A stretch of 64,000 bases of DNA, taken from an uncultured Candidatus Rokubacteria bacterium (GTDB lineage: Bacteria; Methylomirabilota; Methylomirabilia; Rokubacteriales; CSP1-6). Shown piece by piece: positions 9,975-20,123 of this stretch. The translations under genes were made by a program, and so were the position numbers. The stretch is from the NCBI GenBank assembly GCA_963754315.1, contig CAVWFS010000008.1, forward strand, positions 320,001-384,000, given 5' to 3'. The notes below the pieces were generated by a model, which was not told the DNA's origin, made no database searches, and saw nothing but the letters and a program-made list of their open reading frames with translations. Position 1 is the stretch's first letter; each line of letters opens with the position of its first letter.

Positions 9975-12377
9975 TTGTCGTTTCTCCAGTCTCGTAGCCG
10001 CTCGGCGCCCCAGGGATTCGGCCAGCCGGTCCTGCGCCAGGAAGACACTCGCCTGCTCGTCGGGGCGGGCTGCTACAGCGACGACGTCAACGTTTCCGGC
10101 CAGACCTACGCGTGCTTCGTGCGTTCGCCGCACGCCCACGCCCGTGTCCTCCGAATCGATACAACCGCGGCGCGTGCGACCCCCGGCGTGGTGACGGTCC
10201 TCACGGGCCAGGATGCCGCCGACGACGGGGTGCAACCCATCACCCACAGCCCCGTCCCCTCAAACCCTTATGAGCACGTCATCGAGGCCCACGACGTGAT
10301 CTTCGTGGCGCCGCATCCGCCGCTGCCAGCGGACTGCGTTCGGCATGTGGGCGAGGCAGTCGCGATGGTCATTGCCGAGACCCCTGCCGCCGCGCGAGAT
10401 GGCGCCGAGCAGGTCGTCGTGGAGTGGAAGCCGCTGCCTTCGGTGACGGTCAGCACGGAGGCCGCCGGCGGTGGCGCACCCACCCTCTGGGACGAGACCA
10501 CCTCGAACGTGTGCGTGGAGTCCCACGCCGGCGACGTCGCAGCTGCGGAGACCGCGTTCACACGGGCCGCGCACATCGTGCGCCTCGACACGTGGGTGCA
10601 ACGAGTCACCGGGGTCCCGATGGAGCCGCGCGCCGCCGTCGGCACGTGGGACTCGGGGCAAGGTCGGTACACGGTTCATGCGGGTGCGGGTGGGCTTGGG
10701 AGGACGCAAACCGGGGTGGCCGGTGCCCTTGGTGTCCCGGAGAGCGCTGTCCGGGTGACGGCGCGTGAGGTTGGCGGAAACTTCGGGACGCGCAACAGTT
10801 GTTACCCGGAGTTCGCGCTGGTCGCGTGGGCGGCCCGTCGACTCGGGCGGTCCGTCAAGTGGACGGCCGACCGTCATGAGGCGTTCTTGGCCGACTATCA
10901 GGGCCGTGACCTGGTGGTGCACGCCGAGCTGGCCCTCGACGCCGAGGGGAACTTTCTCGCGCTTCGCGGGCTCAACACCAGCAACGTCGGCGCGCATGCC
11001 GTCTCGTTCCACCCGCTCAACAAGGGCATGGCTCTCACGGGCACGGTCTATAAGGTTCCTGCTGTGTCGCTACGCGGACGCGCAGTCCTCACGACGACCA
11101 CGCCGACCACACCCTACCGCAGTGCCGGGCGTCCCGAGGTCATGTTCGTCATGGAGCGGCTCATCGACCTCGCCGCGCGCCGCCACGGCTTCGATCGCCT
11201 CGAGCTCAGACGCAAGAACCTCGTGCCTCCCAGCGCAATGCCCTATCGAAACGCAGTCGGGGTGGTCTACGACAGCGGTGCGTACCAGGCTGCCCTGGAG
11301 CGGGCGGTGGTGCTGGCCGACTGGGTCGGGTTCGAGGCTCGCCGCTCCGAGGCGCGGCAGCGCGGCCGCTACCGGGGAATCGGGATCGCCAACTACATCG
11401 AGCTCAACACCGGCTTCCCGCGCGAGCGGGCCCACATCACGGTTCGGCCGGAGGGCTCGGTCGAGCTGGTGCTGGGCACGCTCTCGTCAGGCCAGGGCCA
11501 CGCCACGAGCTTCGCGCAGCTCCTGGTGGAGTGGCTCGGGGTCGAGCTCGGCTCGGTGCGGCTGGTCACCGGCGATACCGACGTCACCATCGTCGGCGGG
11601 GGCGCTCATTCCGCGCGGGCGCTGCGCTTGGCCGCGGTCGTGATGGCGAAGGCAGCGGACCACATCGTTGACAAGGGGAAGCGGATCGCGGCCTGGCTCC
11701 TGGAAGCGGCCGAGGCCGATATCGAATTCTCTGCGCGCCGGTTCAACGTGAAGGGCACAGATCGCTCGGTCGATCTCTTCGAGGTGGCCGCTGCCGCCCA
11801 GCGCGCGGAGGCGCCGGAGGCCTGTCGAGGCCCTCTCGACGGCACGAGCGACGAGGAGATGCCCGAGCCTTCCTTCCCCTATGGCTGTGCAGTGTGCGAG
11901 GTCGAGGTCGACCCCGAGACCGGGGTCGTCGAGCTCGTGCGCTATACCACCGTCGACGACTGCGGTCGCGCCGTCAATCCGATGATCCTCCACGGGCAGA
12001 CGCATGGTGGTATCGCCCAGGGTGTAGGGCAAGCCCTGTGGGAGTCCTGCGTGTACGACGACGTCACCGGGCAGGTCCTGTCGTCGACTCTGATGGACTA
12101 CGCGCTCCCGCGCGCCGACATGCTGCCGTCGTTCGTGACCGAGATCAGCGAAGTTCCCTCGACCGCTCATCCCCTTGGGCTACGCGGCGGTGGTGAGGGG
12201 GGGACGACGCCGGCGCTGGGGGCCGTGGTGAACGCGATCTGCGATGCGCTCGCCGAGCTGGGTGTCGAGCACATCGAGATGCCGGCGACCTCGGAACGCG
12301 TCTGGCAGGCGATTCGCTCCGCCCCCGTCAGCGGTGCACAGTCGGCGCCGCCGCGGCCTCGACCGGCGGCCGGCTGA
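9975..12377 (+). CDS. Xanthine dehydrogenase-family molybdopterin-binding large subunit (CoxL form II-like)
   Basis: RQEDTRLLVG, RSPHAHA, VGGNFG, active-site loop PYRSAGR, GQTHGGIAQG, GGGEGG. Confidence 0.9.
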   Translation: MSFLQSRSRSAPQGFGQPVLRQEDTRLLVGAGCYSDDVNVSGQTYACFVRSPHAHARVLRIDTTAARATPGVVTVLTGQDAADDGVQPITHSPVPSNPYEHVIEAHDVIFVAPHPPLPADCVRHVGEAVAMVIAETPAAARDGAEQVVVEWKPLPSVTVSTEAAGGGAPTLWDETTSNVCVESHAGDVAAAETAFTRAAHIVRLDTWVQRVTGVPMEPRAAVGTWDSGQGRYTVHAGAGGLGRTQTGVAGALGVPESAVRVTAREVGGNFGTRNSCYPEFALVAWAARRLGRSVKWTADRHEAFLADYQGRDLVVHAELALDAEGNFLALRGLNTSNVGAHAVSFHPLNKGMALTGTVYKVPAVSLRGRAVLTTTTPTTPYRSAGRPEVMFVMERLIDLAARRHGFDRLELRRKNLVPPSAMPYRNAVGVVYDSGAYQAALERAVVLADWVGFEARRSEARQRGRYRGIGIANYIELNTGFPRERAHITVRPEGSVELVLGTLSSGQGHATSFAQLLVEWLGVELGSVRLVTGDTDVTIVGGGAHSARALRLAAVVMAKAADHIVDKGKRIAAWLLEAAEADIEFSARRFNVKGTDRSVDLFEVAAAAQRAEAPEACRGPLDGTSDEEMPEPSFPYGCAVCEVEVDPETGVVELVRYTTVDDCGRAVNPMILHGQTHGGIAQGVGQALWESCVYDDVTGQVLSSTLMDYALPRADMLPSFVTEISEVPSTAHPLGLRGGGEGGTTPALGAVVNAICDALAELGVEHIEMPATSERVWQAIRSAPVSGAQSAPPRPRPAAG

Positions 12378-14281
12378 GTACCCGCGCGCGCCGCTCGCTC
12401 ACCACCAGGGCAAGTCCGAGTGCGAGCCCTGTGGCGTCGGCGACCCCCGGCGCCAGCCAGGCGAGAGGCGGCATCATCAGGAGCGCGGCTGCCGCCCAGG
12501 CCCAGATCCGTCTCGCCCATGACAGCGGCCGGAAGAGGTAGCCTGCGCAGCCAATGCCGAGCAGCACCACGCCGATCGACGCCGTGAGCATCGTGGCCAG
12601 GATCTCCCCGAGCGTACCGCGACCGATCAGGGCGGGATGGAACACGAAGATGAATGGCACGACGTAGGCCACCACGCCGAGACGCATCCCGGCCCAACCC
12701 GTCTTCCAGAAGTCGGCCTTGGCGATGGCGGCGGCCGCATAGGTGGCCAGGCAGTCGGGCGGCGTGATCAGCGAGAGCATGCCGAAGTAGAACAGGAACA
12801 GATGCGCGGCCAGCGGCACGATACCGAGCTGCGTGAGCGCGGGGCCGATCAGCACGGCCAGGGTGATGTACACCACCGTGGTGGGCAGCGACATGCCGAG
12901 CAGGATGGAGACGACCGCGGTGAGAATGAGCAGGATGACAACATTGCCCCCCGCCGCGCTCGTGAGGACGATCGGCAACTTGGACGTCAGCCCGGAGAGC
13001 TGAAACGCTCCGATGACGATGCCGGCCAGGGTCGTGATGGCGATGAGGTCGAGCATCGTCCGCCCGGTGCCCTCAATGGCGTCCATGACACCGCGCCAGC
13101 TCGGACGCGTCGACTTCTGCAGGCAGCCCACCAGCAAGGTCACGCCGACCGCGAGCATCCCCGCCTTCCCGGCCTCCCAGCTGCCGATCATGAGCGTATA
13201 GAGCAGCACACCGAGCGGGACGAGAAACACCCAGCCACCGCGCATGACGTCGCGCAGCCTCGGGAGCTCGGCGCGCGGGAGACCGGTGAGCCCGAGCTTG
13301 GCCGCTTCGAGATCGATCTGGACGAACAGGGCCAGGTAGTAGAGGACGGCGGGCAGCGCGGCGGCGAGGGCGACCTGGCCATAGGGGATCGACAGGTACT
13401 CCGCGATGAGGAAGGCCGCCGCGCCCATGACCGGGGGCATGATCTGACCGCCGTTCGACGACACCGCCTCGATGGCGGCTGCCAGATGGGGCGGGTAGCC
13501 GGAGCGTTTCATCATCGGGATGGTGACGGCACCGTCGACGACGACGTTGGCGACCGCGCTGCCCGACACGGTGCCGTAGAGGCTCGACGACACGACGGCC
13601 ATCTTGGCGGACCCGCCACGGTAGCGGCCCATCAAGGCCATGGCAAACCCAGTGAGGAAGGTGTCGCCGCGTACGGCGGTCAGCGCCTGGCCGAAGAAGA
13701 TATAGGCGACGACGATGCTGGCAGTGACGGCGAGCGGGATCCCGAGCACACCGCTCGAGTCGAGGTAGAGGTAGACGGCGATCCGCCCCCAGCTCGAGCC
13801 CTTCGCATAGAGCAGGCCAGGCATGAGCCAGCCGAACCTCGCGTAGAGGATGCAGGCCAGTGCGATCCACATGAGGGCCCAGCCCGCGATCCGGCGGGTG
13901 GCCTCGAGAATCAGGACAATCGCGACCACGGCCGGCAGGAGCCGATCCCAGGTCAGGCTGGCCAACGAGTACGACAGCGCCGGATAGAGGACAGCGATGT
14001 AGAGTCCCACGCCGAGTCCGGCTGCTGCCGCCGTCCAGTCGTACCAAGGCACCCGATCGTGTGGGGCCCCCGGATGCGCCTTGACCACGATGAAGACGCC
14101 GGCGAGACCCAGCCCCAGAAAGAGCCCGAGGTACTGCTCGTTGAACAGCGCCACCGGCAGGTGGTGCTGGAATCCCAAGCGCCCAGAATGTACCGACCAC
14201 GGTGACGGCCACGAGAACCATGCGCTCGACGACGCGCGCGGTCCCGTCGAGGCTGCGGAACTTGGGGAGGACTTCGGTCAT
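12328..14281 (-). CDS. TRAP transporter fused 4TM/12TM permease, TAXI type (frameshift near 14171)
   Basis: SGSAVANV, GGQIMPPVMGAAAF, GMSLPT, ITPP; N-terminus MTEVLPKFRSL in ORF 13073..14281 joins ORF 12328..14178 by removing one base. Confidence 0.9.
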
Positions 14282-14312
14282 CGCCGACTCGCCGCGCTCG
14301 CGGCCGGCGTTG

Positions 14313-15371
14313 CTACGGATTCAGCGCGAGCAGCTTCTGCTGGACCGCGTCCATCCCCGGCTTCCAGACGTTGCGCTCCTTGTAGAAGCGAATCGCGCCG
14401 GGGTGGTAGGGGATGGTGACGTCGGGGTCCACCGCGCGGTCGTGCGTCCACTCCTTGAACATCGGATGGATCGGCGCCAGCTGATCGCCACCCTCCCACA
14501 CCGCCTTCAACGCCGCCTCCACCACCTGATCGGGTACGCCCTTGCCGGCAAAAAAGTAGGTGTCGTAGGCGATGACGCAGGTGTCCTCGCTGATTCCCGT
14601 GACGGCGCCGGGTTTCACCACGCGCGGGTAGTAGCCAGGCACGGCCTTCTTCAGACGGGCCTCGCCGGCCGGGGAGCAATCGTCCGAGATATGACGCACG
14701 CCGACGGCGGCGTCGGCCTCCTTGACCTTGGCCGAGTTGAGGGCATGCTGGGTGACGTCGGCGCGGCCCTGGACGAGCGCGTCCACGCCGTCGTTGACGG
14801 TGTTGACGGGAACGACCTTGACGTCATTCCAGGTCAATCCCGCGCTCGAGAGGTGGCCGAACATGTTGTACCAGACGGCGAGATGGGCCCGATACTCGCC
14901 GGTGAAGCGCTTGCCCTTGACGTCGTGGACGTTCTTGATGGGGGAGTCTTTCCGTACGAGGAGACCGACCATCAGCGGCGCCCCGCGCATCACCAGCCGC
15001 ACGTTTGCCGTATGCGGGAACGGGTTGCGGCCCCCGATCTGCTGGGAAGGCCCGCGATAGGCCAGCCAGAGATCCACCGCGTTCTGAATCCCGAACTCCA
15101 GCTCGCCGGTATTGATGAGAGGCAACATGGTGCTCGTGCCCGCGTGCGGCTGGACGACCATCTGATACCCGGCCCCACCGCTCACGACCTTGGCAATGCC
15201 GCTGGCCAGCGCGAAGAACACGGTGCCGGCTGGATTAGTCCCGATGGTGACCGACTTTGGCGTCTGGCCCTGAGCGAATGCGCGAGCGGCGAGCGCTCCG
15301 GCGGTCATGGCGAGCACGAGGGCCAAGGCAAGGACCGGGCGACGGTGGGCAAGGAAACGGAGGGTCGACAT
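14313..15371 (-). CDS. TAXI family TRAP transporter solute-binding subunit
   Basis: Signal peptide, TIGTNPAGTVF, PYHPGAIRFYKE; adjacent fused permease. Confidence 0.9.
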   Translation of the reverse strand: MSTLRFLAHRRPVLALALVLAMTAGALAARAFAQGQTPKSVTIGTNPAGTVFFALASGIAKVVSGGAGYQMVVQPHAGTSTMLPLINTGELEFGIQNAVDLWLAYRGPSQQIGGRNPFPHTANVRLVMRGAPLMVGLLVRKDSPIKNVHDVKGKRFTGEYRAHLAVWYNMFGHLSSAGLTWNDVKVVPVNTVNDGVDALVQGRADVTQHALNSAKVKEADAAVGVRHISDDCSPAGEARLKKAVPGYYPRVVKPGAVTGISEDTCVIAYDTYFFAGKGVPDQVVEAALKAVWEGGDQLAPIHPMFKEWTHDRAVDPDVTIPYHPGAIRFYKERNVWKPGMDAVQQKLLALNP

Positions 15372-15469
15372 CGTTCTTGTTCTCCTCAGGGCGTGGCGGA
15401 TGCGATCTTATAGCATGGCCACGCCGGGCGGTCGAGGACACGCGGCGAACCTGGACACACGGGAAGATC

Positions 15470-16219
15470 GTGGCTGACGCGGCGATTCGACTCGACGCGC
15501 CGGCCGCGTGGCGTGGATCGAGTCTGCTCGTCACCAGTCTCTTCGGCGAGTGCGGCCGCGACGATCCGCTCACGGGATTCTATGTTCACGAGGTCCGCCA
15601 TCTGCGCACCCTGCGCCTGGAGATCAACGGCGAGCGCCCGTGGATGTGCGAGTGCTCGCGCGTACGTCCGACCGAGCTCGCGTTCGTCTTCGTCTACCCG
15701 GAGCTGGTCCGCTTTGGCGGGGGCGGCAGCGGCGTCGCCACCGATGAGTTCACCTCTGATGCACGCGGACTGCCGTACCGGAGCATTGATGCCCGACTGA
15801 CGTACCGGGTGGAGCTGGACTGTCTGCAGGCCCAGGTGGTGCTGACCAATCGATCTCTCGCGCCCATCGCTTTCGAGGCCGGCTGGGCATACCCGCGCGC
15901 CAACACGCCTCAGACGTGGAATGCCAGCGCCCTGCCGCTGTGCTTGCAGGCGATGCTCGGCCTGGTCCCGTATGCCGCCTACAATCTTCTGGTCGTCGAC
16001 CCCGTGCTGCCCGCGTGGCTTCCCGCAGTCGAGTTGAGAAACCTAAAGGTTGGAACGACGACGGCGGCTCTGCGCTTCGAGCGCGAGGGTGTTGGGAGCG
16101 CCACGGTGCGGGTGCTCGAGCGTGACGGCGCCCTGCACGTCATCCGGCAGCCCCCTCTCGAAGCGCTGAACGTCGGACTCGGGCGGCGCCTGCGGGCGCT
16201 GCTCTCCAGTACCGTCTAG
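15470..16219 (+). pseudogene. Amylo-alpha-1,6-glucosidase (glycogen debranching) gene with apparent large in-frame internal deletion
   Basis: N-terminal GDE-like segment (GFYVHEVRHLRTLRL) joined directly near 15886 to C-terminal tail AYPRANTPQTWNASA...DPVLPAWLPAVELRNLKVG; only ~250 aa, catalytic barrel not seen. Confidence 0.6.
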
Positions 16220-16240
16220 AGAATCCGCCGACACGCGGCG

Positions 16241-17587
16241 CTAGCCGAGGAATAGCTCGCAGGTGTCGAGCCAGGCCTGGGTCGTGAGCGCCAGCGATGC
16301 CACGTCGACACGCTCGTCGTTGCCGTGGAAGCGCCCGGCCATTGCCTCGGCCGTCAACGTTCGCGAGAAGAGCCCGAAACCGTAGGCAATGGCGCCGTGC
16401 TCGCGGAAGTACGGCGCGTCGGTGAACCCGACGATCAGCCGCGGCAGCAGACGCGCCCCGGGGTAGTGAGCGTCGACCACGCGTCCCAGCACGTCCCAGA
16501 GCGGAGTCCCGGTCGGCGACACCGACGCCGGCTTGGAGAAGAGCTTCTCCACGGCGACGTCGTCCGTCAGGTCCCCGAGGGCCTTGTCGAGGTGACGGCG
16601 CACCTCATCCTCGCTGTCCCCGGGGATGGTGCGGATGTCCACCTCGATGTCCACCACGTCCGGGATGACGTTGGTCTTCACCCCACCGCGGCACATGTTG
16701 GGGGAGAACGTGGTGTGGGTGGCGGACCACGCGAACTTGGCGAGGCCCGCCGGGAGCTGAGCGATCGACTCGTCGACGCGGGAGGGATCGATCAGGGCGG
16801 CCTTCACGACTGAATCGACGTCGAGCGAGCCGACGAAGGCACGCCACAGATCATCCACGTACGGTGCCGGGCGGTACTCCGCCAGGCGGCTGACGACGTG
16901 GGCGGCTTTGACCAGCGCGTTGTCGGCGCCATACGGCATGGAGCCGTGTCCCGGCGTGCCCTTGACCCGCAGGCGGCGCCAGGCCACGCCCTTCTCGCCG
17001 ACATGGACGGTGACGTTCAGCTCATCACCCTGCTGGCTGACGATGCCGCCATTCTCGGTCAGCAGATAGTCCGCCCGGAGCGAATCCCAGTGTCGCTTGC
17101 AGACGTGACCGGCGCCGAGGGCTCCGCCGGCTTCCTCGTCGGCGCAGGCCAGGTAGACGAGCGTTCCCCGTGGCCGCCACCCACCCGGCCGCCTCGTGAG
17201 CGCCTTGAGGGCGACCGCCTGAGAGGCGGTGAGGTTCAGCATGTCGAGCGCTCCACGCCCCCACACCTCGCCGTTCACCAGTTCGCCTCCGAACGGATCG
17301 CGCGTCCAGTGCTCGAGGGTCACGGGCACGACGTCGGTGTGGCCCATCAGGCAGAGGGTGGGGGCTGCGGGATCGGTTCCCTCGATGCGGGCGACGAGGC
17401 TTGTGCGGCCCGGCGCGCCGTCGGGCTCGTACACCTCGATGTCGAGACCGCTGCCCTCCAGGTAGGCGCGCAGCACGTCGCTCGTTCGCACTTCCTGGCC
17501 GGAGCCCACCGTGCCGTCGTTCACGCACTGGTTTCTGATCAGCTGTTGCAACAGCTCCACGGTCTCCCCGGTCAGCGCGTCGTTCAT
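16241..17587 (-). CDS. M20/M25/M40 family metallo-hydrolase (ArgE/DapE-like)
   Basis: GHTDVVP, WGRGALDM, ADEEAGG, GHGSMP, KTNVIP, GFTDA, HGNDER. Confidence 0.92.
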   Translation of the reverse strand: MNDALTGETVELLQQLIRNQCVNDGTVGSGQEVRTSDVLRAYLEGSGLDIEVYEPDGAPGRTSLVARIEGTDPAAPTLCLMGHTDVVPVTLEHWTRDPFGGELVNGEVWGRGALDMLNLTASQAVALKALTRRPGGWRPRGTLVYLACADEEAGGALGAGHVCKRHWDSLRADYLLTENGGIVSQQGDELNVTVHVGEKGVAWRRLRVKGTPGHGSMPYGADNALVKAAHVVSRLAEYRPAPYVDDLWRAFVGSLDVDSVVKAALIDPSRVDESIAQLPAGLAKFAWSATHTTFSPNMCRGGVKTNVIPDVVDIEVDIRTIPGDSEDEVRRHLDKALGDLTDDVAVEKLFSKPASVSPTGTPLWDVLGRVVDAHYPGARLLPRLIVGFTDAPYFREHGAIAYGFGLFSRTLTAEAMAGRFHGNDERVDVASLALTTQAWLDTCELFLG

Positions 17588-17772
17588 GGCGTGTGACGGG
17601 TCAGGAAATCGTGACGAGGCGGATCGACTCGGCCAGGTGCGTGGGGCCGCGCCAGTCCTTCTCGATGTCGGCATCAGGAGGGTGAAAACCGGCATGACCT
17701 TCCTCCCGCGTTGAGTCGTGCTGCGCCACAATACCAGGCCTGTGGTAGGTTGTCGCCAGGAGAGCAACCGGC

Positions 17773-19108
17773 ATGTGTGCTGCGCGGCGTGAGATGCATT
17801 TCGGCGTGTTCGTCCTTGGCACCGGCAACCACTCCGCCGGCTGGCGATATGAGGGGGCCGCGACCAGCAACAATGACCTTTCGGTCATCCAGGAGATCGC
17901 CCGTCAGGCCGAGCGCGGCAAGTTCGACCTCCTGTTCGTCTCTGACGGACTGGTCATGGATCCCGGAGATCACCCATCGTTTCTGTGCCGCTTCGAGCCG
18001 ACGACGCTCATCTCGGCGCTGACTGCCGCCACCCAGCGCATTGGCCTGGGCGCCACCGTCTCGACGAGCTTCGGCGAGCCCTATCACGTGGCCCGGACCT
18101 TCGCCTCGATTGACCACTTGAGCAAGGGCCGCGCCGCCTGGAACGTCGTGACCAGCTCGGCCAGCAAGGCCGCGCTGAACTTCAGCCGCGAAGAGCACAT
18201 GGAGCACGACCTCCGCTACGAGGTCGCCCAGGAGTTCGTCGACGTCGTGAAGGGGCTGTGGGACTGCTGGGAAGACGGTGCCATCGTCGCAGACAAAGCC
18301 AGCGGGACTTTCCTCGACCCCGCGAGAGTCCGTCCGCTGAACCACAAAGGGCGATTCTTCCAGGTGAAGGGCCCGATCAACATGGCCCGCAGTCCTCAGG
18401 GTCATCCGGTGATCATCCAGGCCGGAGGATCGGAGGCCGGGCTCGAGCTGGCCGCGCGGACGGCCGACGTCGTCTTCTCTGTCGTGCAAGAGCTCTCGAG
18501 CGCCAAGGTCGGCCTATCGCGACCTGAAGGCGCGCATGGCCAAGTATGGTCGCCGTCCCCATCAGATCACCGTCCTGCCCGGGGTGATGCCGATCATCGG
18601 GAGCACCGAGGCCGAGGCCCGGGACAAGCTCTCGTTACTCCAGAGCTGGCTCACGCCCACCAACGCTCTGACCCTCGTGACCAGCCGCATCGGATACGAC
18701 GTGACCGGTTTTCCTCTCGACGGGCCGGTACCGGCCCCCCCGCCGGGCGAGGGAAGCCACGCCTTCTCGCGGGTGCTCTACGAGACCGCGCGGCGCGAGA
18801 ACATGACCCTGCGCGATCTCTACAACCTGACCGCCGCCGCCCGTGGCCACTGGGTCCTCTGCGGTACTCCCAAGCGCATCGCCGACACTCTCGAGGAATG
18901 GTTCGTCGAGGAAGCCGCCGACGGTTTCAATGTCCTGCCACCCTACTTCCCCGGTGCCCTGGCTGACTTCGTCGACCTCGTCGTGCCGGAGCTCCAGGCC
19001 CGCGGGTTGTTCCGACGGGAGTACGAGGGAACGACCTTGCGCGACCATTTCGGGCTCGCGCGGGTGCGGCGCTCAGAGCCGTCGGCTGAAGACCCGAAAG
19101 CTCCCTGA
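17773..19108 (+). CDS. NtaA/SnaA/DszA-family FMN-dependent monooxygenase (frameshift near 18508)
   Basis: AERGKFD, FEPTTL, SKGRAAWNVVTS, SPQGHPVIIQAGGS, then ADGFNVLPP, VPELQARGLFRREY; two ORFs joined by removing one G. Confidence 0.9.
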
Positions 19109-19112
19109 TTGC

Positions 19113-19694
19113 ATGGCGAACCCGCGCGGACTGCTTCCAAAGGCGCGTCGGGAGGAACTGGCCGACAACCTCCGTCGTCGGCTCGAGCGCTGGTACCGGG
19201 ACGCCTACGAGGACGACAACCTCTTCCTGACCCTCGCGCAGCGGCCCGACCTGCTCGAGGCAACCATGGGGTTCGTGCGCTACGCGTACGGCGGCGCCTC
19301 GAGCGTCGAGCCCGAGCTGTTCGAGCTCGTCCGCGTGCACCTCGCGTGGAAGAACCGCTGCGTCCACTGAAGCCTTGCACGCTCCGCCTCGGCCGTGCGC
19401 CGGGGAGCAACGGAAGATCTCGTGGCAAAGCTCGCCGACTACGAGCGATCGGACCTGCCTGAGCGCACCAAGGCCGCGCTGCGCTTGGCAGACCGTCTGA
19501 CCACGGAGCAGCCGCGGATCGACGCGGAGTTCCACGGCGAGTTGAAGCGCGTCTTCTCCGATGGAGAGCTCCTCGACCTCGGGATGACGATCGTGTTCTT
19601 CAGCGGCTGGCAGCGGTTCAACGAGGCCTTCGGGATCCTTCCTGATCGCTGGACCGAGAGCGACCCGCTGCCCTTCGGACCCCTCCAGACGTGA
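19113..19694 (+). CDS. AhpD/carboxymuconolactone decarboxylase-like selenoprotein (C-V-H-U; TGA 19368-19370 read as Sec)
   Basis: ELVRVHLAWKNRCVH-TGA-SLARSASAVRRG...ERTKAALRLAD...FSDGELLDL continues in frame to 19694; TGA sits at the second Cys of the AhpD CxxC; hairpin 19381-19408 follows. Confidence 0.85.
19381..19408 (+). promoter_or_regulatory. Putative bacterial SECIS hairpin of the AhpD-like gene
   Basis: GCTCC/GGAGC lower stem, TCGGC/GCCGG upper stem, apical loop CGTGC starting 23 nt after the TGA. Confidence 0.65.
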
Positions 19695-19795
19695 GCCGAG
19701 ACGAACAGCAGATCACTCATCGACGACACGCATGCACCACTGCCCTATAACTCTGTGAAATCACATTTGAAAAGCAAAACACGCGGAAGAGGGTG

Positions 19796-19827
19796 CTACA
19801 GGTCCGACTACAGGTTGCGCTACAGGT
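19796..19827. repeat. Three direct repeats CTACAGGT with 12-bp period inside an AT-rich island
   Basis: Copies start at 19796, 19808 and 19820. Confidence 0.85.
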
Positions 19828-20123
19828 TCACCAGATAAGTACCTGCTGAATAAGGCGAAATTGGCCCCTCAAGAATAGAGAAGTAAGAAGTACTACTAAC
19901 TACTACCACTTCGTGTCCGCTCCGCGGACGAAACTCATAACAGAGAGTCTCTTCGTGGGAGGGCGCCCTCCGCTAGACGGCTCTTCTCAGTTGATCCTGG
20001 TTCCCTGGAGGCGACTTTTTGCCTCGCCCCATGCCACGGGGTCGGGTTCGCCGAAAATCGACGCCCTGACGCCGATTCTGGGTCGAGCGTCTCGCTGCAA
20101 GCAAGGTCCGTATAATCGCCGCC

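Noticed and set aside
9975..12377. Aerobic CO dehydrogenase CoxL (form I)
   Set aside because: Lacks AYxCSFR and adjacent coxM/coxS; same for 25239..27596
19755..19766. CRP/FNR site TGTGA...TCACA
   Set aside because: Spacer is 2 nt rather than 6
19735..19910. Chromosomal oriC
   Set aside because: No convincing TTATCCACA boxes and no dnaA/dnaN/gidA context; kept only as an unexplained AT-rich island
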